The notes below the pieces were generated by a model. It worked only from the letters and a program-made list of their open reading frames with translations. It was not told the DNA's origin and made no database searches. Shown piece after piece: positions 37,955 through 50,321 of a DNA stretch of 64,000 nucleotides (position 1 is its first letter; each line of letters opens with the position of its first letter). The stretch lies in NCBI GenBank assembly GCA_965112155.1, contig OZ218099.1; one strand, given 5' to 3'. Made by a program: the position numbers and the translations under genes. This DNA comes from Podarcis liolepis. Its lineage: Eukaryota.

Positions 37955-38984
37955 CTGAAATGTAAAGGAATGCAGACCAAGCGGTTATGATGCCCAAGGC
38001 AGTTACATAACCAGCTCAGTGATACTAATCACTGGCTCACTGATATTAGCAGCTCATTGCAAGCAGCAAATTAATGAACAAAACTGAAACCTACATTAAA
38101 GCAGATGCTAAAAACGCCAACTGTACGTAGCCCCAAAAGGCCAACTCTAGGGAGTAGGAGTTCAATAGTTATGAGGAATCCACCTAGAAGGCTTCCACAC
38201 ACTCTGCCCTGACTTGGACTAATTGCATTTGTTAAACTGGAGCTTTCAGGACTAAACATGATGCAATATTGGAGATCTACGGATAGGATCAAATGCTAAT
38301 AGCGCTAATAATAATAATAGCAACTGTGTACATTAATGCAATCTTGCTTGTACGTGAAATGACAAGGGTTGGGAGTGGTGTTAACCCTTTCCCCCCCAGG
38401 ATTGATTTCCTGCTAAATAGTTACCTCACTGAAGCTGCTACTTTTCCAATGGGGGGGGGGGATGCAAAAGGTACGATATATGCGCCTGTCTTTGACATTA
38501 TAATGGGACACAGGGAGGAAGCAATTTCTTTGGTATGTTATGCCTAGCCATTTAGTTCTTTAAAATAAGATCCATGCACCCAGATGACACAACTGTTGAT
38601 GGAGCTATTGAGGTGTTCCTGAAGTCTTCTTATAGACAAGCCTTATTGAATTAAGTCTCATAATCAAGTTCTCACACCAAAAATGAGACTCCAGTGGGTT
38701 GCCTGCCCATTGTCTGTGCCCTAGCCCTTGTTCGGCCTGTTGCTCAGGTTAGTTACAGCAGTGGAAACTGCAGTTTTGCCCATACCTGCAAGACTTTGGT
38801 ATTTGTACTCAGAATTCACTCATTTAATGCCATTTTTGCCTATGAGATAGTGGATTTTATATTTGGAAGGGACATGGAATGGGCTGGAGAGAAGGTCTGG
38901 CTCACTGTTTGTTTTTAAGTCGCTGCATTTCCATACAAAAATGCTATTAACACAATTTCTTTAAAAACAAAACAAAATACTTAC

Positions 38985-39043
38985 TTGCTTCTGCTTTCAC
39001 TTTGTCCATTTCACCTAGAAGGGCTACTTCTCGATCCATGAGA
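38985..39043 (-). CDS. SPATS2: SPATS2 coding exon (59 nt): LMDREVALLGEMDKVKAEA
   Basis: tag acceptor, gtaagt donor; conserved peptide. Confidence 0.95.
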
Positions 39044-39369
39044 CTAGAAAAAAGGACGATAAAAGATAGAGGTGAGAGGGGCAAACCTTTTACACTCATA
39101 GCCTGTATATTGTCAGACTGTGGACAAAAAACAAGTCTGCTATAAACCCTATGCAGAAAGAACAGGGACAAGAGGCATGTGAATGTACCAGTATAAAGAA
39201 TGAGCCAACAGATGGCAGCAGAAAACTGCAAGCCCTTTCCAGAATTTGTGACATAACTTTATTGAGTGCACAGAAACACGGCACGAACAATCAATTCACT
39301 GCCTGGAAATCAGAAGAACCTTGACTTTGAGGTTTAAGCTCTGATTCTTCAGAATGTTCTACAGTTCTA

Positions 39370-39719
39370 AAGGTAAAGGGACCCCTGACCATTAGGTCCA
39401 GTCGTGACCGACTCTGGGGTTGCAGCGCTCATCTCACTTTATTGGCCGAGGGAGCCGCCGTACAGCTTCCGGGTCATGTGGCCAGCATGACTAAGCCACT
39501 TCTGGCAAACCAGAGCAGCACACGGAAACGCCATTTACCTTCCCGCCAGAGCAGTACTTATTTATCTACTTGCACTTTGACGTGCTTTCAAACTGCTAGG
39601 TTGGCAGGAGCAGGGACCGAACAATGGTAGCTCACCCCGTCGCAGACATTTGAACCACCAACTTTCTGATCGGCAAGTCCTAGGCTCTGTGGTTTAAACC
39701 ACAGTGCCACCTGCATCCC
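39370..39719 (-). mobile_element. Sauria SINE (SPATS2 intron)
   Basis: TSD TTCTACAGTTCTA. Confidence 0.95.
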
Positions 39720-40689
39720 TTTTCTACAGTTCTAGGTGGCCTTAATTCTTTTGCTGCAAATTCTGTTGCCCCCATAATCTGAAATGGCACCTCAAAGGAC
39801 CACACACACAGCCTAAGGCAACTGTGTCTGCCACAGGAAGGCTGGTTCTCTGGAGGGAAATCTATTGAAAGAAAGCTTAGCATTGTGTTCTGTTCTCGTT
39901 CCTCTGCTTGGTATGTCTTACGGAAGACAATATGACAATATAATATCTTTTTAAAACCCACTGCAACTCCTGTGGTGTTAAGGAACAATTCTGCTGTGTC
40001 AACCATCACAGCATCTAAAACTAAAATTCTTCCAAAACCGGTTGCTCCTGTGACACCCTTCCTGCTTTACATAGTGACATGAATTGGTTTCCTCAGAAAT
40101 GGACAGAAAAGCATTTCATTTGTCTGCACTGACTTCAACCCGTGCAACAGTTGTTCCTTGAAACCCACAGGGAATGTGGAAGAGATTCTTTCTAGCAGAC
40201 CCGTCACTGCGTTTTAAGGAAAAGGCAAATAATCTTGGCTATAATGTAGAGCCAAACTGACCCCAGGCTCAGTGTTTTATCAGTCCTGTGTACAAAAGCC
40301 TCCCTGCAGGAACCTTCGCTACTTGACATTTATTGAAGGAGGTTCCCCTGGCTTGCTTCCAAACAGGCACTATATATCCCTGTGTCACGGAACTAGACTT
40401 CCTGGTTTCTGCTGATTCCACCCTCACCCTTCCCATAGCAACTGGGACACACAGACTTATCTGAGCCGGGCTGCTGAACCACACTGGGGTCTTTGACCTT
40501 TCTGAACGTGACGCAAGTGTGAGTCAAAGAGCAAAGAATTAATTGTTACAAGGGGAGGACTTTTTAAGCTAGCAAAACTAGAGCTCTCATTTTGCAGAGA
40601 TTATAACCCACAGAAAGGGGCACTGATGGGTGAAAATAATGCTTGACCAAATGATTATTATTATTTATTAAATTTGTATACCGCCCTAT

Positions 40690-41060
40690 AAAGGTAAAAG
40701 TAAAGGACCCCTGGACGGTTAAGTCCAGTCAAAGGCGACTATGGGGTTGTGGTGCTCATCTCACTTTCAGGCAGAGGGAGCCGGCGTTTGTCCACAGACA
40801 ACTTTCTGGGTCATGTGGCCAGCATGCCTAAACTGCTTCTGGCGCAATGGAACACCGTGACAGAAGCCAGAGCGCACGGAAATGCCTTTACCTTCCCACC
40901 ACAGTGGTACCTATTCATCTACTTGCACTGGTGTGCTTTCGAACTGCTAGGTTGGCAGAAGCTGGGACAGAGCAATGGGAGCTCACCCTGTTGAGGGGAT
41001 TCGAACCGCGGACCTGTCGATCGGCAAGCCCAAGAGGGTCAGTGGTTTCGACCACAGCGC
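40690..41060 (-). mobile_element. Sauria SINE (SPATS2 intron), inserted in an L2-like 3' end
   Basis: Sauria body; flanks resemble an L2 tail on minus. Confidence 0.9.
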
Positions 41061-42124
41061 AGGTCTCAGGGCGATTACATCATAAAATCACAATGTAAAA
41101 ACACGAAATACATAATAAAAACAAAAGCAACCCAACCCCCCTCCCCAACACATTTTAAAAGGGCACTGGATGCCAATCAGCCAAAGGCCTAGTCAAAGAG
41201 GAACATTTCCCCCTGACACTTAAAGGTGTATAATGAAGGCACCAGCTGAACTTCCCTGGGGAGAGCATTCCACAGAAGGGGAACCACTACAGAAATATGC
41301 TAATACTATGGGCAAAACTCAGTAACTGCCTCAGTCACTTTTCCCCTCTGGAAGAGCCCACTCACCCGAGAGACAGGGAGGAAGTGCATGCGAATTTTGA
41401 GCCTTGGAAAGCACATGAGTTGAAAAAGGAAACTGGAGAGAGTGTCACTCTTCCAACTTTCTCCTTCAGCAATGTGTGCTTTTCAAGGAAGACAGAGGTG
41501 ACTGCCCTCGCCACCTTTTGACCAAGGGGCTCAGATGTTTTGCCATCTGACCAGGGGAAGACTTCAAGAGCACCACTGAGCCCATGGGTGCCCCACTGGC
41601 AACCCCTGAATTAAATATCTATTCCTTCACAATTTAGTTATGCTTCACCACGTCAGAGTGCACAATTGCAACAAGGGCCTCACAGGGGATTTTTAAACCT
41701 GGAACCATTGGCATACAGATCAGGGGCTTCACGTCTTCAGCTCTTCCCCCAAAAGGGGGCTTTCCTTGCAGTTGTGGGCATTTCAAGACATGCATAGTTC
41801 AGTGGCTTCAAGGAACAATGGGAGGAGATTGTGACTGCCTTTAATGCAGAACTGTCATATGATGTTTCAGGGTCCAATAGCTTGGATTGGTAGCCAGGTT
41901 TGTAACATGAAGACAACCACCAGCTTCAGTTACTGGTGGCAGCCTTTCCAAACAACCACCATCAATGAGAAGATACACTTGACCATGTACACTACCTACA
42001 TGACTACCTTACAAGTGACAGGCCCCAAGGAAAACACTCCTAAAAGTAAAGTGGTTGCCTTTTTCCAAGACATGTTAAACTTATTCATATCTGAATAATT
42101 CAGCCTCTGCAGGTGTTAGCATAC

Positions 42125-42260
42125 CAGCTCTGAAGTTCTGCAAAGGCCTGTTTCATTTTCTTAATGGAGGCATCCATTTCTTCTTTAACTACAACACGAT
42201 ACCGAGCCAGTGACACAGTGCACCGTTGGAGGTCTTTCACTGATTTTTCAATATTAGAAC
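42125..42260 (-). CDS. SPATS2: SPATS2 coding exon (136 nt): (G)SNIEKSVKDLQRCTVSLARYRVVVKEEMDASIKKMKQAFAELQS(C)
   Basis: cag acceptor, gtatgc donor; core DUF1387 coiled-coil sequence. Confidence 0.96.
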
Positions 42261-42911
42261 CTGCCGGGGGGAAAGAAACACACAAAGCCTTCTAGTATTA
42301 GTCCATCCAAGTTTTCCAAATTGCTATAAAAGCAGAGGTGATGAACTGGATCCGCCTGAAGGCCCAATCCAGAACTGGCCAATTCTCCATGGAGCATTTT
42401 TGACAGGTGCATGGGACCGCCTACTGGTAAATCCCTTGAAGCTAGGCAATTCAATTTCAAAAGGAAGTTTTGGGCACACACTCTAAGGGGTGCTCTTCCT
42501 CTTTTCCTTCACATGAATTAAGCCATGGCTGCAAAGGTTCCTGGTAAAAGCGGGCCTGCATCCGGCACAAAGTTTAAATTCAGCAGCAAATGTAAGCCCT
42601 GCCTTCAGTAGAATCAACTCAGGAGTTCCCAATCAAAGTTCCTAGGTGAGACTCATCCTAGTGGGGCTTGCATTCAGCAATGAAATTAATACATAGTCAA
42701 CTACTGACTAATTGCCATGAAGTACCCATTTGATTTTTTTTAAAAAAACAACAGATTACCAGATTGACCAGAAGATGATATATTGACTTCAAGAATACGC
42801 CAGATGCACTGGACTGTGTGCACATGTGGGGCATCTAATTATGAATTAAATTTCAGAGTTTTAACTTTGAGAAGGTGTTTCCCCTAGTGAACTCAAATCT
42901 GTACAAGCGTA

Positions 42912-43266
42912 GGTAAAGGTACAGGGACCCCTGACCATTAGGTCCAGTCATGACCGATTCTGGGGTTGTGGCGCTCATCTCACTTTATTGGCTGAGGGAG
43001 CCGGCGTACAGCTTCCAGGTCATGTGGCCAGCATGACTAAGCCGCTTCTGGCGAACCAGAGCAGCGCACGGAAACGCCGTTTACCTTCCCGCTGGAGCGG
43101 TACCTATTTATCTACTAGCACTCTGACGTGCTTTCGAACTGCTAGGTTGGCAGGAGCAGGGACCGAGCAACGGGAGCTCACCCTGTCGCGGGGATTCGAA
43201 CCGCCAACCTTCTGATCAAGCAAGTCCTAGGCTCTGTGGTTTAACCCACAGCGCCACCCGCGTCCC
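42912..43266 (-). mobile_element. Sauria SINE (SPATS2 intron)
   Basis: TSD TGTACAAG(C/A)GTAG. Confidence 0.95.
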
Positions 43267-44783
43267 TTGTACAAGAGTAGTTTCTTCTAAAAGAAAAGAT
43301 GAAAGACTCAAGAGAGCAATAAAGGTTATAGACACTCTGCCTCATCTCTCCAGCAGAGCACATCTCCATGCTTATTTCCATCACCAAGGCATGCTGAAGT
43401 GTTCACCCCCTGCTAAGCTAAACTGCCAGTTGCTTGTTATAGCCCTTGTTACTGCGAGAAGGTGAACCATTGATGCTGGGAGCCGGATGTTCATCTCTCC
43501 CCGAAGTTAGGGATAATGGCCATGCTTAGAATCAAGGTCTTGGAGGTCCTTGCTGCTGACAGGTAGAGACAGGAACAGAGGAGACTAAAGGAAGGAATGG
43601 TAAGAAACTGCCGCTTCTCATTAACCACCAGGTTTCTTTGAGATACTGGCTCGCGTCATGGGAAAAATGTACACGATCTTGAAAAGTTTCCAGTAAGGAA
43701 CATTGTGAAAAAATATGGGATAGTACAAATTCTAAATGATATGAACAGTGGGCAACGATTGAGCAGGAAAACCAACTAATTAAAGGATTTCAGTTAACCA
43801 ACTCTGTGTCTTAGTTTTATAGCAGCTGGAGGAAAGGCAGTTAACAGACAGGGTGTCATCTATAGCCTGCTCAACAAAGATGCAACATTCCTATTAAAGC
43901 GCTCATAATCCTCCCACCACTAGGCAATTTAATTAAATTCAATTTCAGCAGACTGTCTGCCTAATGCGCTCTGCAAATGAAGCCCCGGCTTACCTAACAC
44001 ATTCTGTACCTTACAAGAGGTCTCTGCAGCCCAAATGGAAGCAGAGCTGGAATTCAAATTCAACAGGGAAGAGACATTTCGCCTGGTGACTTATGTTCTC
44101 AAATCATCCAGGGGATAAGCCTCAGAGCTGGGAGACTGCTCAGTAATTCTGCGTGCAATTTCTTCCCCAACCACAGGACTTGCAGAACAAGTATAAAACT
44201 GGACAAGAACTACAGGGGTGGCAGCAGTCTGACATTAAAGCAGGCTTGGAAAGTTACCACCAAGGCAGTGGGGAAGGAGGAGGTGAGCTATCAGTTTCAA
44301 TCTTCCACAGGAAGATCACAACTCAGGACCCACCAGGTGCAAGATACCAATGTAGCAGCTAGCAGAGTGTTTGTGTTAAAACACAGTGAAAGACAAGGAT
44401 GGTGATTTATTGTTTAGAAAACGTCTTCTTAATGCATTTTTACAAGATAATAAATGGACATAAAAAATTCAATGCTGTGCCTTTACAATTGTTCTGTCAG
44501 CACACATATTTCTGTGTGCTAGATGGAACCATTTTTCCTTCTTTTGCTGTTCTAATCCCAAAGCTGATTTGAGGAGGGCAGTGTATGGAGGAAAAAAAGC
44601 TGAGAAAAATCACTTTGCACCAGTGGGACTTATATTGCTGGTTCCTGCTAGTGCAATTATTTAGTTGAATCTAGCCCAAAGAGCTGCAGAACAGTAATAT
44701 AAATGATTAATTTATATTGGGCTGAGGAGCAGCATGCAGACATGTTCCTAAGACTGCTGGACATGAACAAGACAAACAGAATA

Positions 44784-45025
44784 CAGTCGTACCTTAGAAG
44801 CCGAACGGAATCCATTTGCGAAGTCCGTTCAACTTCCAAAACGTTCGACAGCTAAGGCATGGCTTCTGATTGGCTGCAGGAGCTTCCTGCAGCAAACTGG
44901 AAGCCACGGAAGCCGCGCCAGACGTTTGGCTTCCGAAAATCATTCAAAAACCAAAACACTCACTTCCGGTTTTCAATCGTTCGGGAGCCAAACTCCCAAG
45001 GCGTTCGACTTTCAAAGTACAACTG
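44784..45025 (+). mobile_element. Tigger-like MITE (CAGTCGTACCTT family)
   Basis: TIRs, TA TSD. Confidence 0.85.
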
Positions 45026-45521
45026 TACATCTCTAATGCCTTTGTATACACTCTTTACAGCATATGGAACTAATAGCTAACAGCTTTCAATTTTATATCC
45101 AGTTTTCAAGATCCCATTGATGTGGGCACATTTATTTCTCTCATCTTTTATACCACCATTCTTCAAGGAGTTGGGAGCAGCATATATGGTGGGGTCAGGT
45201 TCTTCCTCTTCTACCTTCATAGAAGCTGTGAGGGAGGGTCAGGCTGAGAGTGACTTGGGACAATGTTATCCAGTGTTGTTTATGGCTGAGCAGGCTCTTG
45301 ACCTAGGTGTCTTTCAGATCCTAGTCCAATGCTATCCATTCCTACCCCCATAGTGAGACAAGAGGCGGCACACATTAAAACTTTTCAGCCCAGTAATTAG
45401 AACAAATGTAGTCACTCTGTAGCTGTTTCCAGATCTGCTCGGCGAAACTATGATGTGCTCAGCGAAGCCTAGAAAATGAACAACAGAATCATGCAGCAGT
45501 CACAGATCCCACCCAGCCTAC

Positions 45522-45728
45522 CTAGCTTTTTGTTTCCAGAGGACGCAGGGACCTCATCCAGCATCGTCAGAGATGAAGGGGCAGGTGAATGGTTGCTGGA
45601 TACAGGCCTGGAGAGCGGCTTGCTGGAGCTTCTCAGTTCAGGCTGCACCCGGAGAGGCTGGGCATTCTGGGAAGACCGTGCGGTGGCAGGCTTTGGACTG
45701 AGGTCTGCTAGCCCGTTTTCTAATGTTA
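45522..45728 (-). CDS. SPATS2: SPATS2 coding exon (207 nt, phase 1-1): (V)TLENGLADLSPK...KPLSRP...DEVPASSGNKKL(G)
   Basis: Polypyrimidine+tag acceptor, gtaggc donor; keeps the frame between flanking exons; LENG, LSRP and KKL anchors. Confidence 0.85.
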
Positions 45729-45984
45729 CTAAAGAGGGAGGAAAAGAAGGTCCTACTTCATGCATCTGAAGATCATAACACAGTAAAACAGTGCAATTAT
45801 GTAAGCCAGGGTTCCCAAACTATTTTTCCTAGGCAACTCTTTATAGTTTTGGCAGAGCACCATATCGCCAGAAAGAACAATGTGCTATGAACGCTCATCT
45901 ACCTAGAAGATACACTAGCATCCATCTCTATGAAGCCACTTCTAAGTGAGCCTTTAGTGCAAAATTTAGATACCCAACCTTATA

Positions 45985-46229
45985 CAGTCATACCTTGGTT
46001 TTTGAACAGCTTAGTTCTCGTTTGGCTCCCAAACGCTGCAGACCTGGAAGTGACTCTTCCGGTTTGCAAACTATTTTGGGAAGCCAAACGTCCAATGTGC
46101 CTTCCGCAGCTTCTGATTGGCTGTAGGAGCTTTCTGCAGCCAATCAGAAGCCGTCCTTTGGCTTCCGAACCTTTTGGAAGTTGAACCGGCTTCTGGAACA
46201 GATTCCGTTTGACTTCCAAGGTACGACTG
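45985..46229 (-). mobile_element. Tigger-like MITE (CAGTCGTACCTT family), inverted relative to the 44784 copy
   Basis: Reverse complement aligns along most of its length to 44784-45025. Confidence 0.85.
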
Positions 46230-46476
46230 TAGCAGAATTCGCTCCTATTGCCATCTCCTTCCTCTGGGAACCTGGAATAGTTTCCACCGTATTTCCAAAG
46301 AACTAGCTGACCTCCTTTCTGTTAAAAGTGCTAAACAGCAAAAAAAGGTATTTAATCTGTTTTTATTATTATTACATATTTAAGCACAGCGGAAGGGAGA
46401 GAACAAGGCCCTCCTATTTCTTTACACACACAAGCAGCAGTACTGCTTTTCGGCAACAACCTGACAGAGAACTAAC

Positions 46477-46738
46477 CTGCTCCATCAGGCACCTCAGGCA
46501 TTGCAGGCTCGCCCTCCTCCAACTCTCTGGCATCTATGGAAAGCGCATCCAAACCTTCGCTGAGTGAGTCCACAGACTCTGTGTCATTGGCCGAGCCATT
46601 GACATGGTAACCGTTGATCCCACCCTTATCAGATGAAGCTACAGACTGTTCTTCTTCGGTGGATGCTGGCTTGCTGGGGTCAGGAAGGCTGGCCCTCGAT
46701 TCTGCAGGAGGCTTTGGCTTCGTTTTCTTCTTTTTGTT
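46477..46738 (-). CDS. SPATS2: SPATS2 coding exon (262 nt): NKKKKTKPKPPAE...NGYHVNGSANDTESVDSLSEGLDALSIDARELEE...
   Basis: tag acceptor, gttagt donor; conserved NGYHVNG and DTESVDSLSEGL motifs. Confidence 0.93.
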
Positions 46739-47453
46739 CTAGGGATTAATACATCCACCCCACCAAGGGGGAAGGGGGAGAGGAAAGAAAAACGCTAAGC
46801 TTAATTTCCAGGATCATTCTTACTACTTGAACATCAGATAATTAGATACTTTATAGCTGAACGTCCTAGGCATTGATCCCTTAAAAGTGGGATGGATTTA
46901 TTTAACAATTAGAACCGACAGACTGAGATTAATGTGGCCCAAGTGTACTATGCATGGCAACTGTGCATAGAGAAAGACTTTAGTGCAGGAGAGCATTAAA
47001 AATACTGCTCTCAACCATCCATTATTCTGAAGGACTGGCTGCACTCACAGATGTGTGCACACCACTATTTTGTACAAATGCAGAAAAGGCACAGGATGTG
47101 TCACTGGGCTCTCATGGGCTCTGAGAGTTGCAGCTTTCCATTTTTAGCCCTTGCAACTGAAAAGGTGTGCTTGACAGCGAGTGAGAACCACACTGTGAAA
47201 TCTTAGAAGCCAGGGACATGGCTGAGTAACATTTTCACTGGCCAAAGGGATAACAATTTAATCAAGAAATCAGAAAACTACCCCTGAACCTGGAAGAAGC
47301 CTAATAGACAGGTGCCAAGGAACAGTTTTGCAGGACTAGGAATTTTTTTCAGCATGCCAGCTGAAAATGTTCCCACATGATACCGTCTCTCATGAATGGT
47401 TTGTGGTTTTATATTCTGTTTATTCTGTGAACCAACCTGCAGGTATAGGGCAG

Positions 47454-47459
<6 letters not shown>

Positions 47460-47491
<32 letters not shown>
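47460..47491. repeat. (CA)n microsatellite
   Basis: Direct reading. Confidence 0.95.
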
Positions 47492-47492
<1 letters not shown>

Positions 47493-47748
47493 AATAATGC
47501 TAAGCAGAAGTGAATTGTGGTTTTGAAACTTTGTTCCAAAAGCTACCAGACACTGGAGTAGTTTCTCAGATCAACATTATCTAGTAATAAATACGCAGTG
47601 CTGCCCTACGACAAATTCTCTTTTTCTTGCGTCATTGCCGTTTGGTGTGAGTGGTACAAGAAGATGGGCTTAGAAAGCCCCATGGTCCTTCCAGAAAGAC
47701 TCCAAACCAACCCAATACACTGCAGTTCAAGACCAAATTAAGGCTTAC

Positions 47749-47798
47749 CTTTTTCTTTCCAGTTACTGTCCATTCTTTCAACACTGCACTGGCACTAC
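47749..47798 (-). CDS. SPATS2: SPATS2 coding exon (50 nt): (G)SASAVLKEWTVTGKKK
   Basis: cag acceptor, gtaagc donor; EWTVTGKK motif. Confidence 0.93.
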
Positions 47799-49487
47799 CT
47801 GTTTTCGAAAAAGAAAAATCGTAAGCAGAAATGTATTATGAATTATGCGCTATGAATGTGAAGTAGAAAGGAGATAGTAACACGAGATATTAAAAGAGAA
47901 TCTAGAGTTACATAAGTAACTGATGTGGCGCAGATAGCACATGAAGGGAAGAATTATATATTTCTTTTCTGCCCATGGGTTGGAAAGCAGACCATCCTCT
48001 TATCCCCAGGTGTTTTCTGAGAGTTTTTGACCAAAAAAACCAAAGAGAAAAATATAGCAGAGCCTGAATTTCCATGAAGTTAGAGCCAGGAAAACGAAGG
48101 AGGGATGAGGATTTACGTACAAGGGGCATCCAAACGCTCTTGTAGGAATTTTCTCTTTCTGTGTGTGATATTAAAAGTCTTTGTATGTTACAAAGTGCCT
48201 GTTTGGTTTGGGCACAAGAAATGTCAGCGAGAACTAGATAAAACTGATACAGGCTGCTGCAGAGATCTAATCTGAACTCAAGTGTGCCCCTTCTGAATCA
48301 CAGTATTCCACGCAATGTGTTGCAGCATGCATGTGCTGGAGCAATAAAACTGCATTAATACAGAGGTGTTTCCTGGCACTGGAAGTACAGCCTACTAACT
48401 TCCAAGTAACTAAAAAATTATTTCTAGCCATTGCATAGATAATTTACACATTGGTTGATTTTTTTTTATGGTAGTGTAGCGACAAAAGAGTTTAAGAACT
48501 CTGTGCGTACAATTCTAGTTTCAATCCTATGGCCTTTTTGTTTCATGTGGATCCTAAATAGATTCTGAAAGAGTATATGCAAAAAAAGAAAGAAAACATA
48601 TTCAGGAATGAAACCAATGTGCTGCTCATTCTGAGAAAAGCCAAGAAAAACTCTCCCTATGTAGTCTAAAGACAATTACCATTTAATGAGAGGTACATTT
48701 GGGCTGGCCACCAAACTGGCTCTTGTCCAGCCTCAAGTAATAAACATTTAAATGTTCATGTACCTACAGAAGCATATACAAAAGAATGAAGCAGGAAAAG
48801 TGGGAATTTATATTGTCAAGATGGTGCAATATAGAACCCAGATGCTAAAGCAAAATTGTACTGATCCAAGCACACAAACTTCTGAGCCGAGAAACAAATT
48901 TCTAGCCCACGTTGACTGAAAGTAAAATCTAGAAATGTATGACTGCTTCTTCATTAAAAAGTTAGAAAACAGTATTTTGGGGGCTTTGCACACATATGTC
49001 CTATATGAACCAAATATTTGTTTTAAGTATGTATACTTGTGTAAAAGTTGCAGGAATATCTATTTTGCCACAATGATGCATATTTGGATGTCATGCTTGC
49101 TTGTGATCTTTGTAAAATAGTTGCCCAGGAGACTTTCCCCTCAACAGTTTACGGAGCTGAGGACTGATTTTCCCTTTTATGTGGATTGTCTTTGCATGTA
49201 AAACATGCAAAGGAAATAAATGTTCAGAGTGGAACTCTTTACTCTTACACCCTTCCTTCTTTTCCAGTCTTTCTCCATACCAAATTCCACACCCCAAATG
49301 TTACCTTCCTGGTCCCCAACAAAACCAAGAATCACAAACACCCACACCAAATAAACTAGGTGCAAAAGTGAAGAGTTTGTAACTGCACATATTCACAATG
49401 CAAGGCCCATAACCCCTACCCACCATTTATCCCCATCACAGATGACAGCCAGCATCTGAGATAGAACCTGGTTATTAAAAAACTCAC

Positions 49488-49596
49488 CTTCCATGAAAGC
49501 CTGCACCGTTCGATCTACACAGTTATCAAAGTGCTGCAGCACCAGGATAATTTCGTTGTTGCTGCGGTTGGGGACTATTGCTCTCACAGCACTGAT
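49488..49596 (-). CDS. SPATS2: SPATS2 coding exon (109 nt): ISAVRAIVPNRSNNEIILVLQHFDNCVDRTVQAFME(G)
   Basis: tttatag acceptor, gtgagt donor; near-identical to SPATS2 UBA-like segment. Confidence 0.95.
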
Positions 49597-50241
49597 CTAT
49601 AAAAATGAGATATGCAGGTCACATATTAACCACTTGCTTCCAAGTCAAACATTTCCCCTTGCTTCCAACACAGGAAACTAGTTAAGTTTCTTTTCTTCCA
49701 GCTGATGTCAGTTTCAGTTTTGCTCTGGGAACAGCCCATTAGTGTTGTTTTCTCTGGCAATGTTTTTCTGAAGCCCATCCCAAGGAAGCAAACCTCTCAC
49801 AGACGCTATAGCTGGAAGCAACATGAACACACAGCAGCACTGAAGCCACCTGGGTCCCTTTTGCTTCAGTTATTACTGCAACGCTTACATTATGACTCAA
49901 TATGTTGCCAAATGCAACTGGCCAGTACATCTCTGCCCCCAAATAAATGCTAGCTTCCCTCCCCCCCTTTTTTGGTAATGCACATGTCTCAATCACGGCT
50001 TTAAAGTCACTTGCAGGAATGGCAGAGGAAAGGAGGCAAGGGAGAAATGGAGAGTTACAGAGAGATCATTTCCCCCGCAAACCAGTAGTACAGGAATCAA
50101 AGAATCAAAAGGGGTAACAGCTTTGCCTACAGCAGAGGTCTCTATCTACTCCAAATTTCTGTCGGTCGCAGATCATAAGAATCTAGCAGCAATATAACAT
50201 GCCAAACTCCCAGCTACAAGAACTGTTCAGGAATTCCTTAC

Positions 50242-50321
50242 CTTCTCTTTCATGTTTTCAAAGGTACCTCCTTGAGCCATCACAGTATTGGACTGCACAT
50301 CAAAAATAAATCCTGATGAAT
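50242..50321 (-). CDS. SPATS2: SPATS2 coding exon (80 nt): (D)SSGFIFDVQSNTVMAQGGTFENMKEK
   Basis: ttcatcag acceptor, gtaagg donor; peptide matches SPATS2 N-terminus as recalled (DSSGFIFDLQSNTVLAQGGAFENMKEK). Confidence 0.92.
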
